Source of the DNA: the human T2T-CHM13v2.0 reference genome, Homo sapiens
DNA length: 64,000 nucleotides
Reading direction: 5' to 3' (one strand)
Assembly: GCF_009914755.1 (NCBI RefSeq)
Contig: NC_060930.1
The notes under the pieces were generated by a model. That model was given only the letters and a program-made list of their open reading frames with translations. It was not told where the DNA came from and did no database searches. A program made the position numbers and the translations under genes. This document shows, one piece after another, positions 29,201 to 43,521 of the stretch (position 1 is its first letter; each line of letters opens with the position of its first letter).

Positions 29201-31938
29201 ACTTTTACATATGAAAACTACACTGAACTGGATTAACAGATTAGAAACTGCAGGGGGAAAAAAATCAGTGAACATGAAGACATTGCAATAGGAGCTATCC
29301 AAACTGATGCACAGAGAATAAAAAGAGGAAACAAATTCAACATAGCCTTAGTGATCGGTGGAATAATATGTATGTAATTGGGCACCCACAAAAAGCGGAG
29401 AAAAAGGGGAGAGGAAGGAAAAATATATGAAGAAATAATGGCAGAAAATGTTTCACATTGGTTAGAAACTATAAACCCCCAAATCCAAAAAGCTCAACAA
29501 ACCCCATGCAGAATAAAAAACCAAGAAAACTTCAAGAGAAATAATAATCATATTGCTGAAAACAAGTGATAAAGAGAAAAATCTTAAACGCATCCACAGA
29601 AAAAAAGGTACACTTAGAGAGGAACAAAGATAAAAATTATTATAGATTTCTCATCAGAAATGATGCAAGCCCAAAGAAATGGAACAATATCTTTAAAGTG
29701 CTGAAAAAACCTGTCAACCTAGAATTACATACCCAGAGAAACATTTTTCAAAAATTAAGACAAAAGATTTTTACAGACAAACAGAAGTTGACTCTTTGTC
29801 AACAAACTTGTGCTATAGGCAGAAGGTAAATGCAACCAGACGGAAACTTGGATCTCTACACAGAATGAAGAACATTAAAAATGGCAAATCTGCAGTTACA
29901 TATAAGTCATTTTTTTCATCTTATAAACTCTCTAAAAGATAATGAATGTTTAAAACAAAAAATAAAACAATGTGTTGTGGGATTTAAAATATATTTAGAA
30001 GTAAAATATCTGAAAACATATAAAGCACAAAGGATGGGAGGGAGAAAATGAACGTGTATAGCTGTAAGTTTCTTCATTAATTCTTCATTGGTATGATACT
30101 GTTCGAAAGTAAACTATTATAAATTAAGGATAAAATTTGTAAACTCCAAGACAACCACTAAAAAACGGAGGTATAGCTAATAAACTAATAGTGGAGATAA
30201 GATGGAATACTAAAACTATCCTATTATTGAGGTGTTCTGTATCTTGATTATGTTGGTGATTCCATGTGAGTTTACAGCTGTCAAAACTCAACAAAGTATA
30301 CACTTTAAGAAGACATGGTTTATTGTAAATAAGTAATTTCTCAATAAAGTTAATAAAAACAATCTAATGGAAAGCAAGAAAAAAGGGAAACATAAAACAA
30401 ATGGGACAAAGAAAATAAATCAGAAGATTTTATATTTAAACCCAATCACTCGATAATTACATTAAATGTAAATAATCTAAACTATTCAACAAGAGACAGA
30501 AACTTTATGAAAGAGCACAAAGGCAAGACAAAAGTATATTCTACCTATAAGAAATTTATTTTAAAAATAAAGACACAGGTTAAAAGTAAAAGAATTAAAA
30601 ATATAGACAATATACCACTAGTCACAAGAAAGGTGGAATAACTATATTAATCATAGGCAAAGTAAACTTTACAACAAAGAATATTACCAGGAATAAAGAT
30701 GAACATGTTATAATGACAAAAGACTTAATTCTTCAAGAAGACATAACAATTTTAAATGTGCGTGCACCTAACGAATGAGTTTCAAAATGTACGAAGCAAA
30801 AAAGAATAGTTTTGAAAGAGAAATAGGCAAATCCATAATTATAATTGGATATTTCAAACTTCTCTCTCAGTAATTGATAGAGTAATTAGAAGAAATCAAT
30901 AAAGATATAGAAAATTTAAATAACACCATCCACCAACTTGACCTAATTATCATTTATAGAACACTCCATCTAACAACTACAGAATACATATGCTTTTCAA
31001 ATGCACATGGGATATACATCAGGATAGACCCTACATTGAGCCATAAAACAAGCCTCAAAATACTTAAAAAGACACTGAACCATAAAACAAGTCTCAAAAT
31101 ATTTAAAAATATTTTTTCTGACTCTCCTCTTTTTCTCTTCTTTTTGTGGGTGTCCAATTACATATATATTGTTCCACAGATATACTGTAATATACTGTAA
31201 TCATACTAAATATATTATTCAACTACAATGGAATTAAATCCGACTAAGTAAAATTGAAAATTCAACATATCAAAATTTGTGTGCTATAGCTAAACGGGTG
31301 CTTAGAAGGAAATGTATAGTTGTAGATGCTTATTTTAGAAAAGTAGGACTAAAATAATCTTTCCCCTTAAGAAGGTAGAAGAAGGAATAAAAATAAACTT
31401 GAAGTAGAAGAAGAAAGAAGATAATATGGATAAGAGCAAGAATTAATAAAATAGAAAACAGCCAAACCATAGAGAAAACCAATGAAACCAAAAGCGGTTT
31501 CTTTGAAAATAATTGATAAACTTGTAGCTAGACTGGTCAAGAAAGTAAGAAGACAAATATTTGCCAATATCAGAAATAAAAGAGGGGAAATACTAAACTG
31601 CATAATAAATCCTATAGGCATTAACAATGTAATAAGGGAATATTATGAATTATTTTATGCCAATAATTTTAATTTAGATAAAATAGACAAATTCCTTGAA
31701 AAGCAAAAATTACCAAAATGAACTGAAGAAGAAAGAAAACTTGAATAGCCCTATAAAAACTGAAGAAATTTAATTCCTAATTTGATTTTCACAAAGTTAA
31801 CTCCAGGCCCGGATGTCTTCACTGGTGAATTCTATCAAATATTTAAAGAAATAGCACCAATCCCATACAAACACAGACTACAGAGGAGAGGGGGAAACTC
31901 CCCAACTCATTCTGTAAGGCCTACATCATCCTGATATC

Positions 31939-33891
31939 CAGTACTGCCCTTGGACTCAAAAAAACTGGCCTCTGCTTCGTGCCCTTATGCTTCAGAAACT
32001 CCACTTGGCATGCCCTCCTCAAGATGTTCTAAGTCATGCTCTGCTGCCTGGAATCTGTTGGGGTTGGCAATGTCATCTGGGCAGGGTGCCTTGAGCTTGG
32101 ACTGGGACTCTCATGGGCCCTATGCCTAGATTCTCCCTTCTCTGACCCTCTACACTGCTCATGGTATCAACCAGAAGCCCAAGGAACTCAGGGACTTACA
32201 TCTCTGGGGTTATCCCAGGATCCCATGGCAAAGATCCAGCTCCAGGAGGGAGGCTTGGCAAGCAGATTGCTCCCTCCGGGCAACACAATATTGCTCTTGT
32301 AGGATCATGCAAGATTGGTCTCCCAGAATGATGCTGAAAACATGCTGATGTTGAGCGATTCTCACTTATGTCGGACACAGAGCAAGTTCAGGACTCTGAC
32401 CTACCAAGAAGTCACTGCCAAGCCTTGGGTTTGAGCCACATGTTTGGACCCTTGCCTGGACTCTCACCCATCTACATCCTGACTGCAATGCTGCCCATGA
32501 TCACAGCACCTAAAGGCAGCAGGTGTCTTTTGCCCATGGTAGCAAGAATCCTTTGCCCTGTACACTCCCACCTTTAACACCCAGGTTGGTCACTTGGCCC
32601 TTTCCATCAGCTTCATATGGTATGCCAGGCAGTCCCCTGGAAGCTAGGTCCAGAAACCATCTCCTCCAGTTGTTTATTACTAAAGGCATAGCTTCTAGCT
32701 TTGTTCTGTCTCTCACTTTGAGAAAATGTAGCAGTGCTGTTATTACTCACAATGCTGGAACCTGTTTTCATTGAAACAGCATAGATCATCTTACCTTTGC
32801 AATTCCCCAATACCACTTCTTTAATGTTCGTTACATCATTACTCATGATGCCACATCAACCATCTGCTACCCATGAATATTAGCTTTCAAAGACTCACAG
32901 TAAAAGTTGTTACTGTGCTTTGTTGGTGATGGCCACAAACGCAGGTCTTACCCACAGTGTGCAGAAAAAATGTGAGTGATATTTTGTGTTCTGGTCATGT
33001 CAATATTTAAAGAATTAGCCCGCTGGGGGGCCTTTGAGAACATTGCCCTGCAGCATCAATTGGCCTGATTGATGTTCTCTCTTGCCTCTGATTGGTGTGG
33101 TTGTGCTCTCCCAGGATGTTTTTAAGTCACACCAGATGAGGAATGGATATTTCTTGCACAAATGGGACTGCCTGCTTACCCTACCCACGGGCCCCTCGTG
33201 GCAGTGTGTAGATGGCAACAGCATAGTCAACATTGAAAGAGATCACATTCTAGAAATGCACTGGTTACAGTCTAAAGAGTCCAACATTTATGCTATAAAA
33301 TCCTAAACAGTAAATTTAACATGACCAGAACACAAAATATCACCCACATTTTTTCTGCACACTGTGGGTAAGACCTGCGTTTGTGGCCATCACCAACAAA
33401 GCACAGTAACAACTTTTACTGTGAGTCTTTGAAAGCTAATATTCATGGGTAGCCGATGGTTGATGTGGCATCATGAGTAATGATGTAACGAACATTAAAG
33501 AAGTGATATTGGGGCATTGGAAAGGTAAGAAGATCTATGCTGTTTCAATGCAAACAGGTTCCAGCATTGTGAGTAATAACAGCATTGCTACATTTTCTCA
33601 AAATGGGAGACAGAACAGAAGCCAGAAGCTATGCCTTTGATAATAAACAACTGGAGGAGATGGTTTCTGGACCTAAACAGGAAGAGATGCTACCAAAATA
33701 AGCTTTTATGAACAATAATTAGACAATAAACAAATGTATAAGTACTTCTTCTCCACCCATTTTTCTAAATCTTTACTAGACCTCACATAGGCTGATGAAT
33801 TTTGTAATATGTTTTAAATCAAATTGTTTATATAGACAAAGGCCTGGCAAAAAATATTTGTCTGGAGCTCTACATATTTTAGACATTCCTG
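31939..33891. mobile_element. hAT-Tip100-like DNA transposon (5' end resembles FordPrefect), ~1.95 kb
   Basis: Begins CAG (cagtactgcccttgg), ends CTG; 8-bp TSD ctgatatc (31931-31938) / ctaatatc (33892-33899); host L1 ORF2 resumes collinearly. Confidence 0.75.
32645..33675. repeat. Long inverted repeat: arms 32645-33000 and 33319-33675, spacer ~318 bp
   Basis: Manual reverse-complement alignment, about 14 differences in ~356 bp. Confidence 0.97.
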
Positions 33892-34687
33892 CTAATATCA
33901 AAACCAAACAAACCAAGCAAAAAAGAAACCTACAGAGCGGCATCCCTCAAGATCATAAACACAAAAATTCTTAACAAAACATTAGCAAGTTGACTCCAGC
34001 AATATAAAAAAAAAGATAATATGCCACAAACAAGTAGCGTTTATCCCAGTAATACATTATTTGTTTGCTGTCATAAAATAAATCAATTTGCTATATTAGT
34101 TGAATAAAAAAGAAAACCATATGATAATCTCAACAGATGCAGAAAAAGCATTTGACAAAATTAAATATCTATTCATGAAAGAGTTGTTTTATGTCTGGCA
34201 GACACAGGGGCCTTCTGAAATAGAGACAGGCCTGATCCTGGGGTGAGACGGATTCATAATGGTATGTCTATCACATATCTTCCAGAAACTGAGGGGACTG
34301 AGATTGTAGGACCAGTGACATTCTGAAGAGCCCACTGCAGTCGGTGGCAGTGCTAAGATTCAGTGTTTTCCTGTCTGTCCCCAGAGCATCTCTTTCCCTA
34401 TACCACAGTGTCTCCATATAAAGAATGACTGATTTCATAGAGTGAAACTGCATTTAGTACTATTAGGAAAAAAAGAAAACATTGAAATGCTATTTCCACT
34501 AAGAATAAAATGATATTTATTCCCTATATTGAGATATTCATGGGTATATTTTTGAGAGATGAAGTAAATGTGCCAAGATTACTAATTTTTTTTTCTATAA
34601 CTGAATCAGGAGCAGATACAGTGTGGTAGGACAGCAGATTTAAGTATGTTGGAGGCCCTATTTAAGAAAAAATGTAATATGAAATTA

Positions 34688-35056
<369 letters not shown>

Positions 35057-37239
35057 TCCAGAACAGTAACAAATATTCTCATTCACTGAGTGCCTGCCAC
35101 ACCTCTATGCTACTTTTTCCTTGCCTTTCTTTTTTGTTGGAGTTGGGATTGTATATATTTTATTGGCTTTATATTATGATTTTCAATAGAGAAAATAGAA
35201 AGATAATTTAATTTTTTTCTAGCATAGTCAAATGCTTTTTTATTGATAGTCAGGATTCATAAAACATGCAAATTCACACACAAATGGACCATCTGCATGG
35301 TTTGTGTCCTATAAACATAGAGATCTGTATAAACTCTATTTCCACAATTCCCACCAAAAGAAAAATAAATGGTGCATTCATATTTTAATATACCACCTTA
35401 TCAATTATATCTCTGCAAGAGAGGATTCCATATCAAAAGCAAGTTATGGAGTGCCTCTATGTGAGCAACCTCCAAATTGTGTGGTATTTCTCTCTTCCTG
35501 CTATATCCCACCAAGAAATTGACTCAACCCAGAGTAGGCTGCAAGGCCCCCTGTTCCGGTGTCTAACTCTCTTAGACCTATGCCAACTCTCTTCCCTTCC
35601 AGCTTAGAGGCTCTTCTTCTGGTTGTGACAGGGACTAGTGATAGCCTACTGCATCTTCTCCCAAATCACTCCTGCCTCACATTTGGGCTGAGGACTTTTG
35701 ACATTCTTGTCCTCAAGTTCTGTGTGCCTCCAACTTTGTTATCTGGGCTGGGACAGAGTCCCAGAGAACAAGGGAAGAAATTCAATAAACAGGAGTGGGA
35801 AATATCTGGGTTAAGTCACCCACGAAGTGCCACAACCCAGTGGAACTAAATTCTCAGTCAGGATTGTTTTTTGAGGCAGATGTCTCTTGATAGGTGTCCT
35901 TCAAAATTTTGGAGTTATTTAATTTTTGCAAATAACATTCATGAAGTTAACTTCTTGCCACACAATCTAATAAAAAGTTATTTGGGGCCACAAAGTGCTC
36001 TATAATTTTAATATCAATTGAGACTATGGCCAGGAGAAAAGACTGTTTCCCCGCTGGAGGGCCTGAGCTTAAAGCACCTTTCCAATTCAGCTATGTAGGA
36101 GACAAGGGTGTAAGCCCTGGACACTGGGAAAAGCTATTTGCATCCCCAAAAGTTAATTTTTTTTTTACCTGCAATACACCCTTTTAAATAGTAAAGGAGA
36201 AAAAATTATCATCCCATACTCCCGGTAAAAATATATCTCCTTTCTTGCATGGTCACCCAGGAAAAGGACCTGTTTTACCTACTATGTGCTTTCTCACACT
36301 TTATTTAGGCATGAGATTGTAACGATGTAAAAATTAACATATATGTGTGTGTGTGTGTGTGTGTCTATAACATACTTTATATGTATATATTCTTTTACAT
36401 GTATAAAATTCTACATTTTGAAAGATAGTACTAGAAAAATAACTTGAGGATGATTCTGGAATCCATCCCAAGCTAATGGTGGCTGTACACAATTTGCTCT
36501 TCTCACTGGGACCCCTTCTCTTTCTCCTGTCCCCTCCCCTTCTCCTCAGGGACTCTCCTCCTTCTTCTCACAGATTTCTGGCCATTTTCTAGCAAGCCTG
36601 TTTCTCAACTCATTATTTTTGCCTATTTATTAGGCTTCAGTCCCCTCTCTTTATTCTTGTCCACAACACTCCCTTCCCCACAACTTGCATTCTTTCTCCT
36701 TTTTTGAGACCGTGGGTTTCACAGCCTGCACTGGGAGTGGTGGTCATTCCCCACCACTGAGAAGCTTGACCGCTTTTCTCTAGAGGAATGACAGGTGAGG
36801 GGGCCTGAGACAAGGGTGTGGGTGTGGGTTCAGAGTGGACCTGGGATTCTGCCAGGCCCCCTGCTAACCTTGAACAGTATTCTATTGTGCTCCCCACCAT
36901 ACGGGATAGCAATGGAAAGAAGTTATTTCTGGACATTGGACATTTTACTGTTAAATTGTTTGAAGATTAAGTGATTAGCATATTGGTAATTGCCAGAGAC
37001 CCGAAAACTCTGTCCCCAACATCCTCCAACATTCTCTTATTTCTGTCACTGTCCCAGCCATGGGACAGTGGAAAGGGGCAATCTTAAGAAACAGCAGAGA
37101 GATAAGAAAAGAGAGAAATGAACAGAATAACACCTTTCATTGCCTTTTGTGACATATTCCCAAGCTGACCTTTCTGAAGCTGAAAGAAAACTATTCTGTC
37201 TGAAACAAAAGGAAATGAATAGTCAGTTCAAATAGCATA

Positions 37240-37425
37240 GTTCTTAGGAGGAGCTCCAGCTGTAGATCCAGACAGGCATGGCTCTGATTCCCAGTTCTGC
37301 CATTCACTGGCTGGGGGACCCTGTTACTAACCTCTGTAAACCTCAGTTTTCTCATCCAAAAAGTGGAGATAATAATGTCTCCTTCCTCGCAGAGCTATTG
37401 TAAACATTCAATGAGCTGGCTATGA
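37240..37425 (+). mobile_element. MIR
   Basis: cccagttctgccattcactggctg...aacctctgtaaacctcagttttctcatc core. Confidence 0.75.
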
Positions 37426-38060
37426 AGATGGCCTCACTTCTAATAAGAATTCAAGAGATAGAAGCCAGTGCTACTTTTTCAATGCAATGTGGTTGGAACT
37501 AAAGGGCAAATTCAAAGTGTAAGGTAATTTGCTGACTTTCATGAGTTCACAATCCAACTGAAGAAACGGAACACAAAGGAAAGATAAACCACAATGTAAT
37601 TCAAGGAAAGATCAGTGTTTTTAGAACATGCCACATCTATAAATTACCCCAAAGAGAAATTGTCCACTTGGCTCTAATTAATGAAAAATAAAACCTGAAT
37701 GTAAATCTTGGTAATTACAACAACAAAAAGAAAAGATTAGTGTTATAAATGATAGTCATGGTCAGGACTCTGAGACAAGAGAAATTTGTGAACACTGAGG
37801 GAGGAAGTCCAGATGCTATTAAGGGCAAATAATTTTTTTATTTTAAAAAAATAGTAATTTTTAATGTAAACAATTCCTATGCAGTGTTCATCATCCTTAA
37901 AGTTTGGAGGCAGTGGAAAATTACATAAGATTTAGAAGGATTAAATCTGTGACTACACATATTAAAATTGGCCTGAGTCTTAGTCTTTTGCCCTAATAGC
38001 TATAGGAGTCATATCAAAAGGGAAAACTGGAATAAACTGTTAAAAAGATTATTTTCAAGG

Positions 38061-39199
38061 GGGTTATGAGGTTGCTCGCCCCATTCCATGATCTTAGACA
38101 TCTTGTAGGGACGGTCAACCACTGATAATACCAGCTCCTATTACACATCTCTTTTAGGTGTTCTTCAAGCTAATCAACCACAAGTCAAGGTCACCTTTCA
38201 GACATTCCATACCACCATGTCCTCAACTCTTGTGTTGCCTGCAAGGACCAATCCAGATCAGGTGATAAAAAAAAAATTTGTCCTCAAATAAATTTATTAT
38301 TATTAATTATTTCACATATTAATAAATGTAAAATTTGATTAATAAAGAGTAGTCATTGTTCCTCTAATATTTTTAAAATCTCTTTGCCTTTTTGCTCTAC
38401 TTTCTTGGAAATTTCTTGATTTTATCTTCTAATTCTTCAATTGAGTTCTTCAACTGCTAACAGCTTTTTAATTTCCAAAAGCTCTTTTTTAGTTTCCTGG
38501 ATGTTCCTATCCTATAGCATCCTGTTCTTGCTTTCTGCATACAATGTCTTCTTTTGTTTCTTGAGGATATCAGTAAAGTTTTAAATACATTCTTTCTTTT
38601 GGTATAGCTTTTTTTCTGCAAGTTACTTTTGCTGCTGGTTCCCTTTCTTGTCTCTTTTTCATTTTAAGGACTTTCCTCAGAAGTGAGAGAGTTCTTGGCT
38701 GTCTCTTCATATTTAAGAGAGGAACATTAAAAATCAATATGTAGCTCTAAGTAGGTGGGAGGAACTGTCCACTGAACACTTCACATTAGAGGATTTATCT
38801 GGAGAGTTTGATGGCATCAAATTTTATTATCTGTATGTCTTTCTTGTTGGGTTTATTAGATGCCCTGAGAAGGCTCTTTCAAACTCCTGCCTGGAGGATT
38901 GGATGGTCTGAGGCCCAGTTATCAGGGTTCCAGCAGTCAAATAGGGAAGAGGCCTCAAGGGAGGGAATGAGTCAGCACTGCAGATTTAGTTTCATAGGTT
39001 TGTGTGATGTGTGTATATACTCTGCATAGTCATAGAGATGGTAGAGAGAGAATAAGTCACATAATTACCTCATGCACTTTCTGATTTTCAAACGATGACA
39101 CGTAAAAGAGATGGGTAATAGGAACTGGTATGATCAGTGGTTGACTATCCCTACAAGATGTCTAAGATCATGAAACAGGGACAAGCAACCTCATAACCC
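38061..39199. repeat. ~100-bp inverted repeat (38061-38161 / 39098-39199)
   Basis: catgatcttagacatcttgtaggga..gtcaaccactgat matches the reverse complement at 39132-39172; ~89% identity by eye. Confidence 0.93.
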
Positions 39200-39324
39200 T
39201 CTCCACAATTATTATTGCCTAGCATGAAACCTCAGAGTTTAAAAATGGTGAAATATTTGGAGGAGAATGGGGGGAGACTAAAATTGTATGAAATTATTTG
39301 TCTCCAACGAAGATAATTCAAGTA

Positions 39325-39666
39325 CAGTCATGCACTGCATAACAACATTTCTGTAAACGATGAACCGCATATATGACAGTGGTCCCATAAGATTATACTA
39401 TATTTTTACTGTACCTTTTCTACATTTAGTATGTTTAGATACACAAATACTTCCCATTGTGTTACAATTGCCTAAATTATTCAGTACAATAACATGTTGT
39501 AGTTTTCTAGCCTAGGAGCAATAAGCTATAACATATAACCTAGGTGTGTAGTAGGCTGAAGCATCTATGTTTGTGGAAATGCACTTTATGATGTTCAAAC
39601 GATGACAAAATCACCTAATGGTACATTTATCTGAATGTACCCCCATCGTTGAATGATGCATGAATG
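39325..39666 (+). mobile_element. Tigger3a/MER7-like TcMar element
   Basis: TA|cagtcatgcactgcataac...ggtcccataagattata...tgcatgaatg|TA; TIRs and TA TSD. Confidence 0.88.
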
Positions 39667-40010
39667 TACACAATTTATTATGACCAAGAAAATTAGGCTT
39701 AAATCCTTTAGAAAAACATATTTAAAATACAATTTTATGTTTAATAAAATATATATAATATTCTAGAGTATGTATAAGCATGGAAAATACAGTTCAGGTA
39801 TCAAAATGTCATCCATAGGATGATGTAAAATACACACATCAAACCTCCTACTCTATAAACAGAAATTGTACCTTCTTTTACAAGTCCACATAGAACACTC
39901 ATAAAAATAGACATACATTAACCCACAAAGAAAGTCTCAATAGATTCCTAAAATAAATAGACTCACGTGCAGATGTCACGGGGCAAACTTTGCCACTTAA
40001 TTGTCTAAAG

Positions 40011-40315
40011 AGCCAGGCATGGTAGCTTGCACGTGGAACCCCAGCACTTTGGGAGGCCCAGGAGAGAGGATCACTTTTGAGGTCCAGGTTTTGAGACAAA
40101 CCTGGGCAAATTAGTGAGAATCCCCCATCTCTAAAAAAATATTTAAACTTAGCCAGGTATAGTGGTACACCCATGTAGTCCTATCTACACAGGAGGCTTA
40201 GGCGGGAGGATCACTTGAGCCCAGGAGTTTGAGACTGCAGCAAGCTATGATTGTGCCATTACACTCCAGCCTAGGTGACAAGAGTGAGACCCCATCTCTT
40301 AAAAAACAAAAAATC
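40011..40315 (+). mobile_element. AluJ
   Basis: ggaggatcacttgagcccaggagtttgagactgcag. Confidence 0.9.
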
Positions 40316-40720
40316 CAAGGAGAGCTGGAAGACTTCATAGGTATGATCATTTTCAAAATTTAAAAGTGTAAGCATAAATGCACCCAGTAGAGATGCAAAC
40401 AGTGAGCTTCCTTGGCAAAGAGGAGCAAATTCGCTAATGTTTCTAGAGAACAGGAGCCTAGATAAAGGAGTAAAGAGACAGGGCAGAAAATGAGGACGGA
40501 AAGGTCCTTCCCTTAGCTTACATTTGCAAGAGTTTGGATTTCATCTTGTGGGGAAATTTGAGGGATTTTGAGCAGGAAGTAACCAGGGCAGATTTGCATT
40601 TTAGAAAGATTGCCCCAGTTTCTAAGTGGAGGCTAAAAGCAGAAGACCTCACCTTTGACAAGATCATAAAGTAAAGGCATAGAAATGAAAACGAGGGCTA
40701 AGTAGGAGAATTATTTACAG

Positions 40721-40911
40721 CAATGCTGTCCAATAGAACTTCCTGCAGTGCTGGTAATGTCCTGTGTCTGCACTCTCTAATAGGGTAGCCACTAGCCATA
40801 TGAAACTATTGAGCATTTGAGGTGTGTCTAGTACAATGAAGGAATTTAATTTCTAATTTTATTTTATTTTAATTAAGTTAAATAACCATGGGAGTTCATT
40901 AGACAGTGTAG
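40721..40911. mobile_element. MER3-like hAT-Charlie
   Basis: gctgtccaatagaactttc...ggtagccactagccatatg. Confidence 0.75.
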
Positions 40912-41709
40912 CTTTAGAAGGTGTGTGTGTGTGCATTTTTAAAATTTTAAAAATATCTTCACTGAGGTAGAGTTGGCATAAATTGCCCACACTTAAAACA
41001 CATATTTTGATGTTTTGATGTATGTATATACCATGAAGTGATGACCACAGTCAAGATAGTGAGTATATCCATCACTCCAAAAGGTGTATATAAAATTAAT
41101 GCACCTGAAAAGCAGATACTGGATAAATATGGAAGGACTCTGAATTTTATCAGCTATTTCTTTGTCTGCTTTAAGGATAAAAATGCAGCAATAAAACTCC
41201 ATAAAACCTTATGCCATTTTTGTTTATTTTTTGCAATTTCAACACTATATAAAGAACCACACAGCTAAAGCAAAAGTTTTAGAATGGGAATGGGAAGTAA
41301 GAAATTCAGAAAATGATTCAGGGCACAGAAAAGAATAAAGCAGTTTCTGTACTATGGTTCTTCTTTTGCCTCAAGGGAAGCGCTGTCAACTCTTCCTGGA
41401 GCATTTTTTGCATAAAATTTGGGTTACTTCCAATAAATTACCATTAGGTTCCACTGTCCTTGAAAATTTCACCCTGAGATTAAAAATTTTCTGCACGTAC
41501 TGCTTTTTTGTGTTTTGTTTTCAGTTTACACATTTTACCACTTAAAATTGGTGTGTCAGCAGATTTCTGTCTGAAACACATATGTGCTAACACGGGTAAG
41601 TTAACTATTTTCAATATTTCTGAGAAATAGACAACAATTTGGCAGAAATTTAATGGAGAAGAATTTTCTCTCTCGCACACTGCCCCTCCCCCGCCCCCCA
41701 ACACACAAC

Positions 41710-42343
<634 letters not shown>

Positions 42344-42712
42344 TGAAGAATTTAAAAACAAATTTAAACACATGTAGACTTTAAGCCGAGCTTCTCTTTT
42401 CATCTGAGGCTGTGAGGCTCCCTGGACCTGGGTGCAGTTTCCTGGGCACAGGCTCCACATGGCATCTGCCACAAGCTGGGTGTGCTCCTGGGCATTCTGC
42501 CCTCTCCCGAAGAGTTTTTAGAGCAAATTCTTATAATTCTAGGAAAAATTACTCATGTTGACAAAGGAAATCTCTGTACCTCTTCACTTAGTGATAAAGC
42601 TGAGAAAATTCCTTTTATTCAAAAACATATTTGTGATACATCCAAGCACTCTACTTAACACGGGTCATTTTCCCTCATCTCATAAACTCTGCCCTGTGTA
42701 AAACAACAGCAC

Positions 42713-42822
42713 TCCATCCATCCATCCATCCATCCATCCATCCATCCACCCATCCGTCCGTCCATCCATCCAATCCATTCATCTATCCATCCATCCATCC
42801 AACCATCCATCCATCCATCCAT
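42713..42822. repeat. (TCCA)n microsatellite at the tail of an L2
   Basis: Direct reading; followed by L2 3' end motif tatgtgccaggcact (L2 to ~43340). Confidence 0.9.
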
Positions 42823-43364
42823 TTATTGCATTCACTAAAGTATTCTATGTGCCAGGCACTTTTCTCAGAACTGGAGATACAACAGTGAACAATAAGAACA
42901 AAAGTCCTACTCTCATCCTACACACAGCCTTGCTAGCGGACATGGGTAAGACAGAACATTAAAACAACAATAGTAAATATATAGCAGGTCATATAAAGAT
43001 AAGTGCTACAGCGAAAATAAAATCAAATAAGGGTGATAAGAATTGCCAGAGGAATGAGAGAAGTTATTTTATCAAGAAAGTCACTGATAAGGTGACATTT
43101 GATTATATTTTTGCAGCTAATGGAATCAGCCATGTGAATATTTAAGGAAAACGCCCTGAGGCAAGATTTTTTTGGAGGGGTGGGGTGTATTTGGGACCGG
43201 CTGGGGCTGAGCAAGCTGGAAGTCAGGGATGGGAGCAGGGAGTCAGACCATAAAAGGCATGGGAAGTATTATTACAAGGACTTTGGTTTTTACCCTAACA
43301 GACATCAAAAGTTATTGGAAGGTTTCAAATAGAGTTGTGATGTTATCCAGCATATGTTATTTGT

Positions 43365-43521
43365 TGTTTTTTTAGAGACTTGGTTTCTCTCTGTCGCCCA
43401 GGCTGGCATGCAGTGGTGTGATCATAGCTCACTGCAGCCTCCAACTCCTCAGCTTAAGCCATCCTCTCACCTTGGTTTCTGAAAGTGTTGGGATTACAGG
43501 TGTGAGCCACCACACCCAGCT
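43365..43521 (-). mobile_element. Alu monomer (FLAM/FRAM-like)
   Basis: Single-arm Alu. Confidence 0.8.

Larger units (their letters stand above)
28315..34180 (+). mobile_element. Old L1M (MC/MD-type) 5' region, ORF1 and ORF2 N-terminal half; interrupted at 31939-33891
   Basis: ORF1 peptide (KIYEEIMAENVS..INPQIQKAQQTP), ORF2 peptides (KIIDKLVARL, YANNFNLDKIDKFLEK, tcaacagatgcagaaaaagcatttgacaaaat). Confidence 0.85.

Noticed and set aside
32645-33675. Treating the long inverted repeat as TIRs of its own transposon or as an assembly artefact
   Set aside because: No TSD beyond a possible TA at the arm ends, no recognised TIR motif, and the enclosing hAT ends lie elsewhere; ~14 arm differences argue against a read chimera
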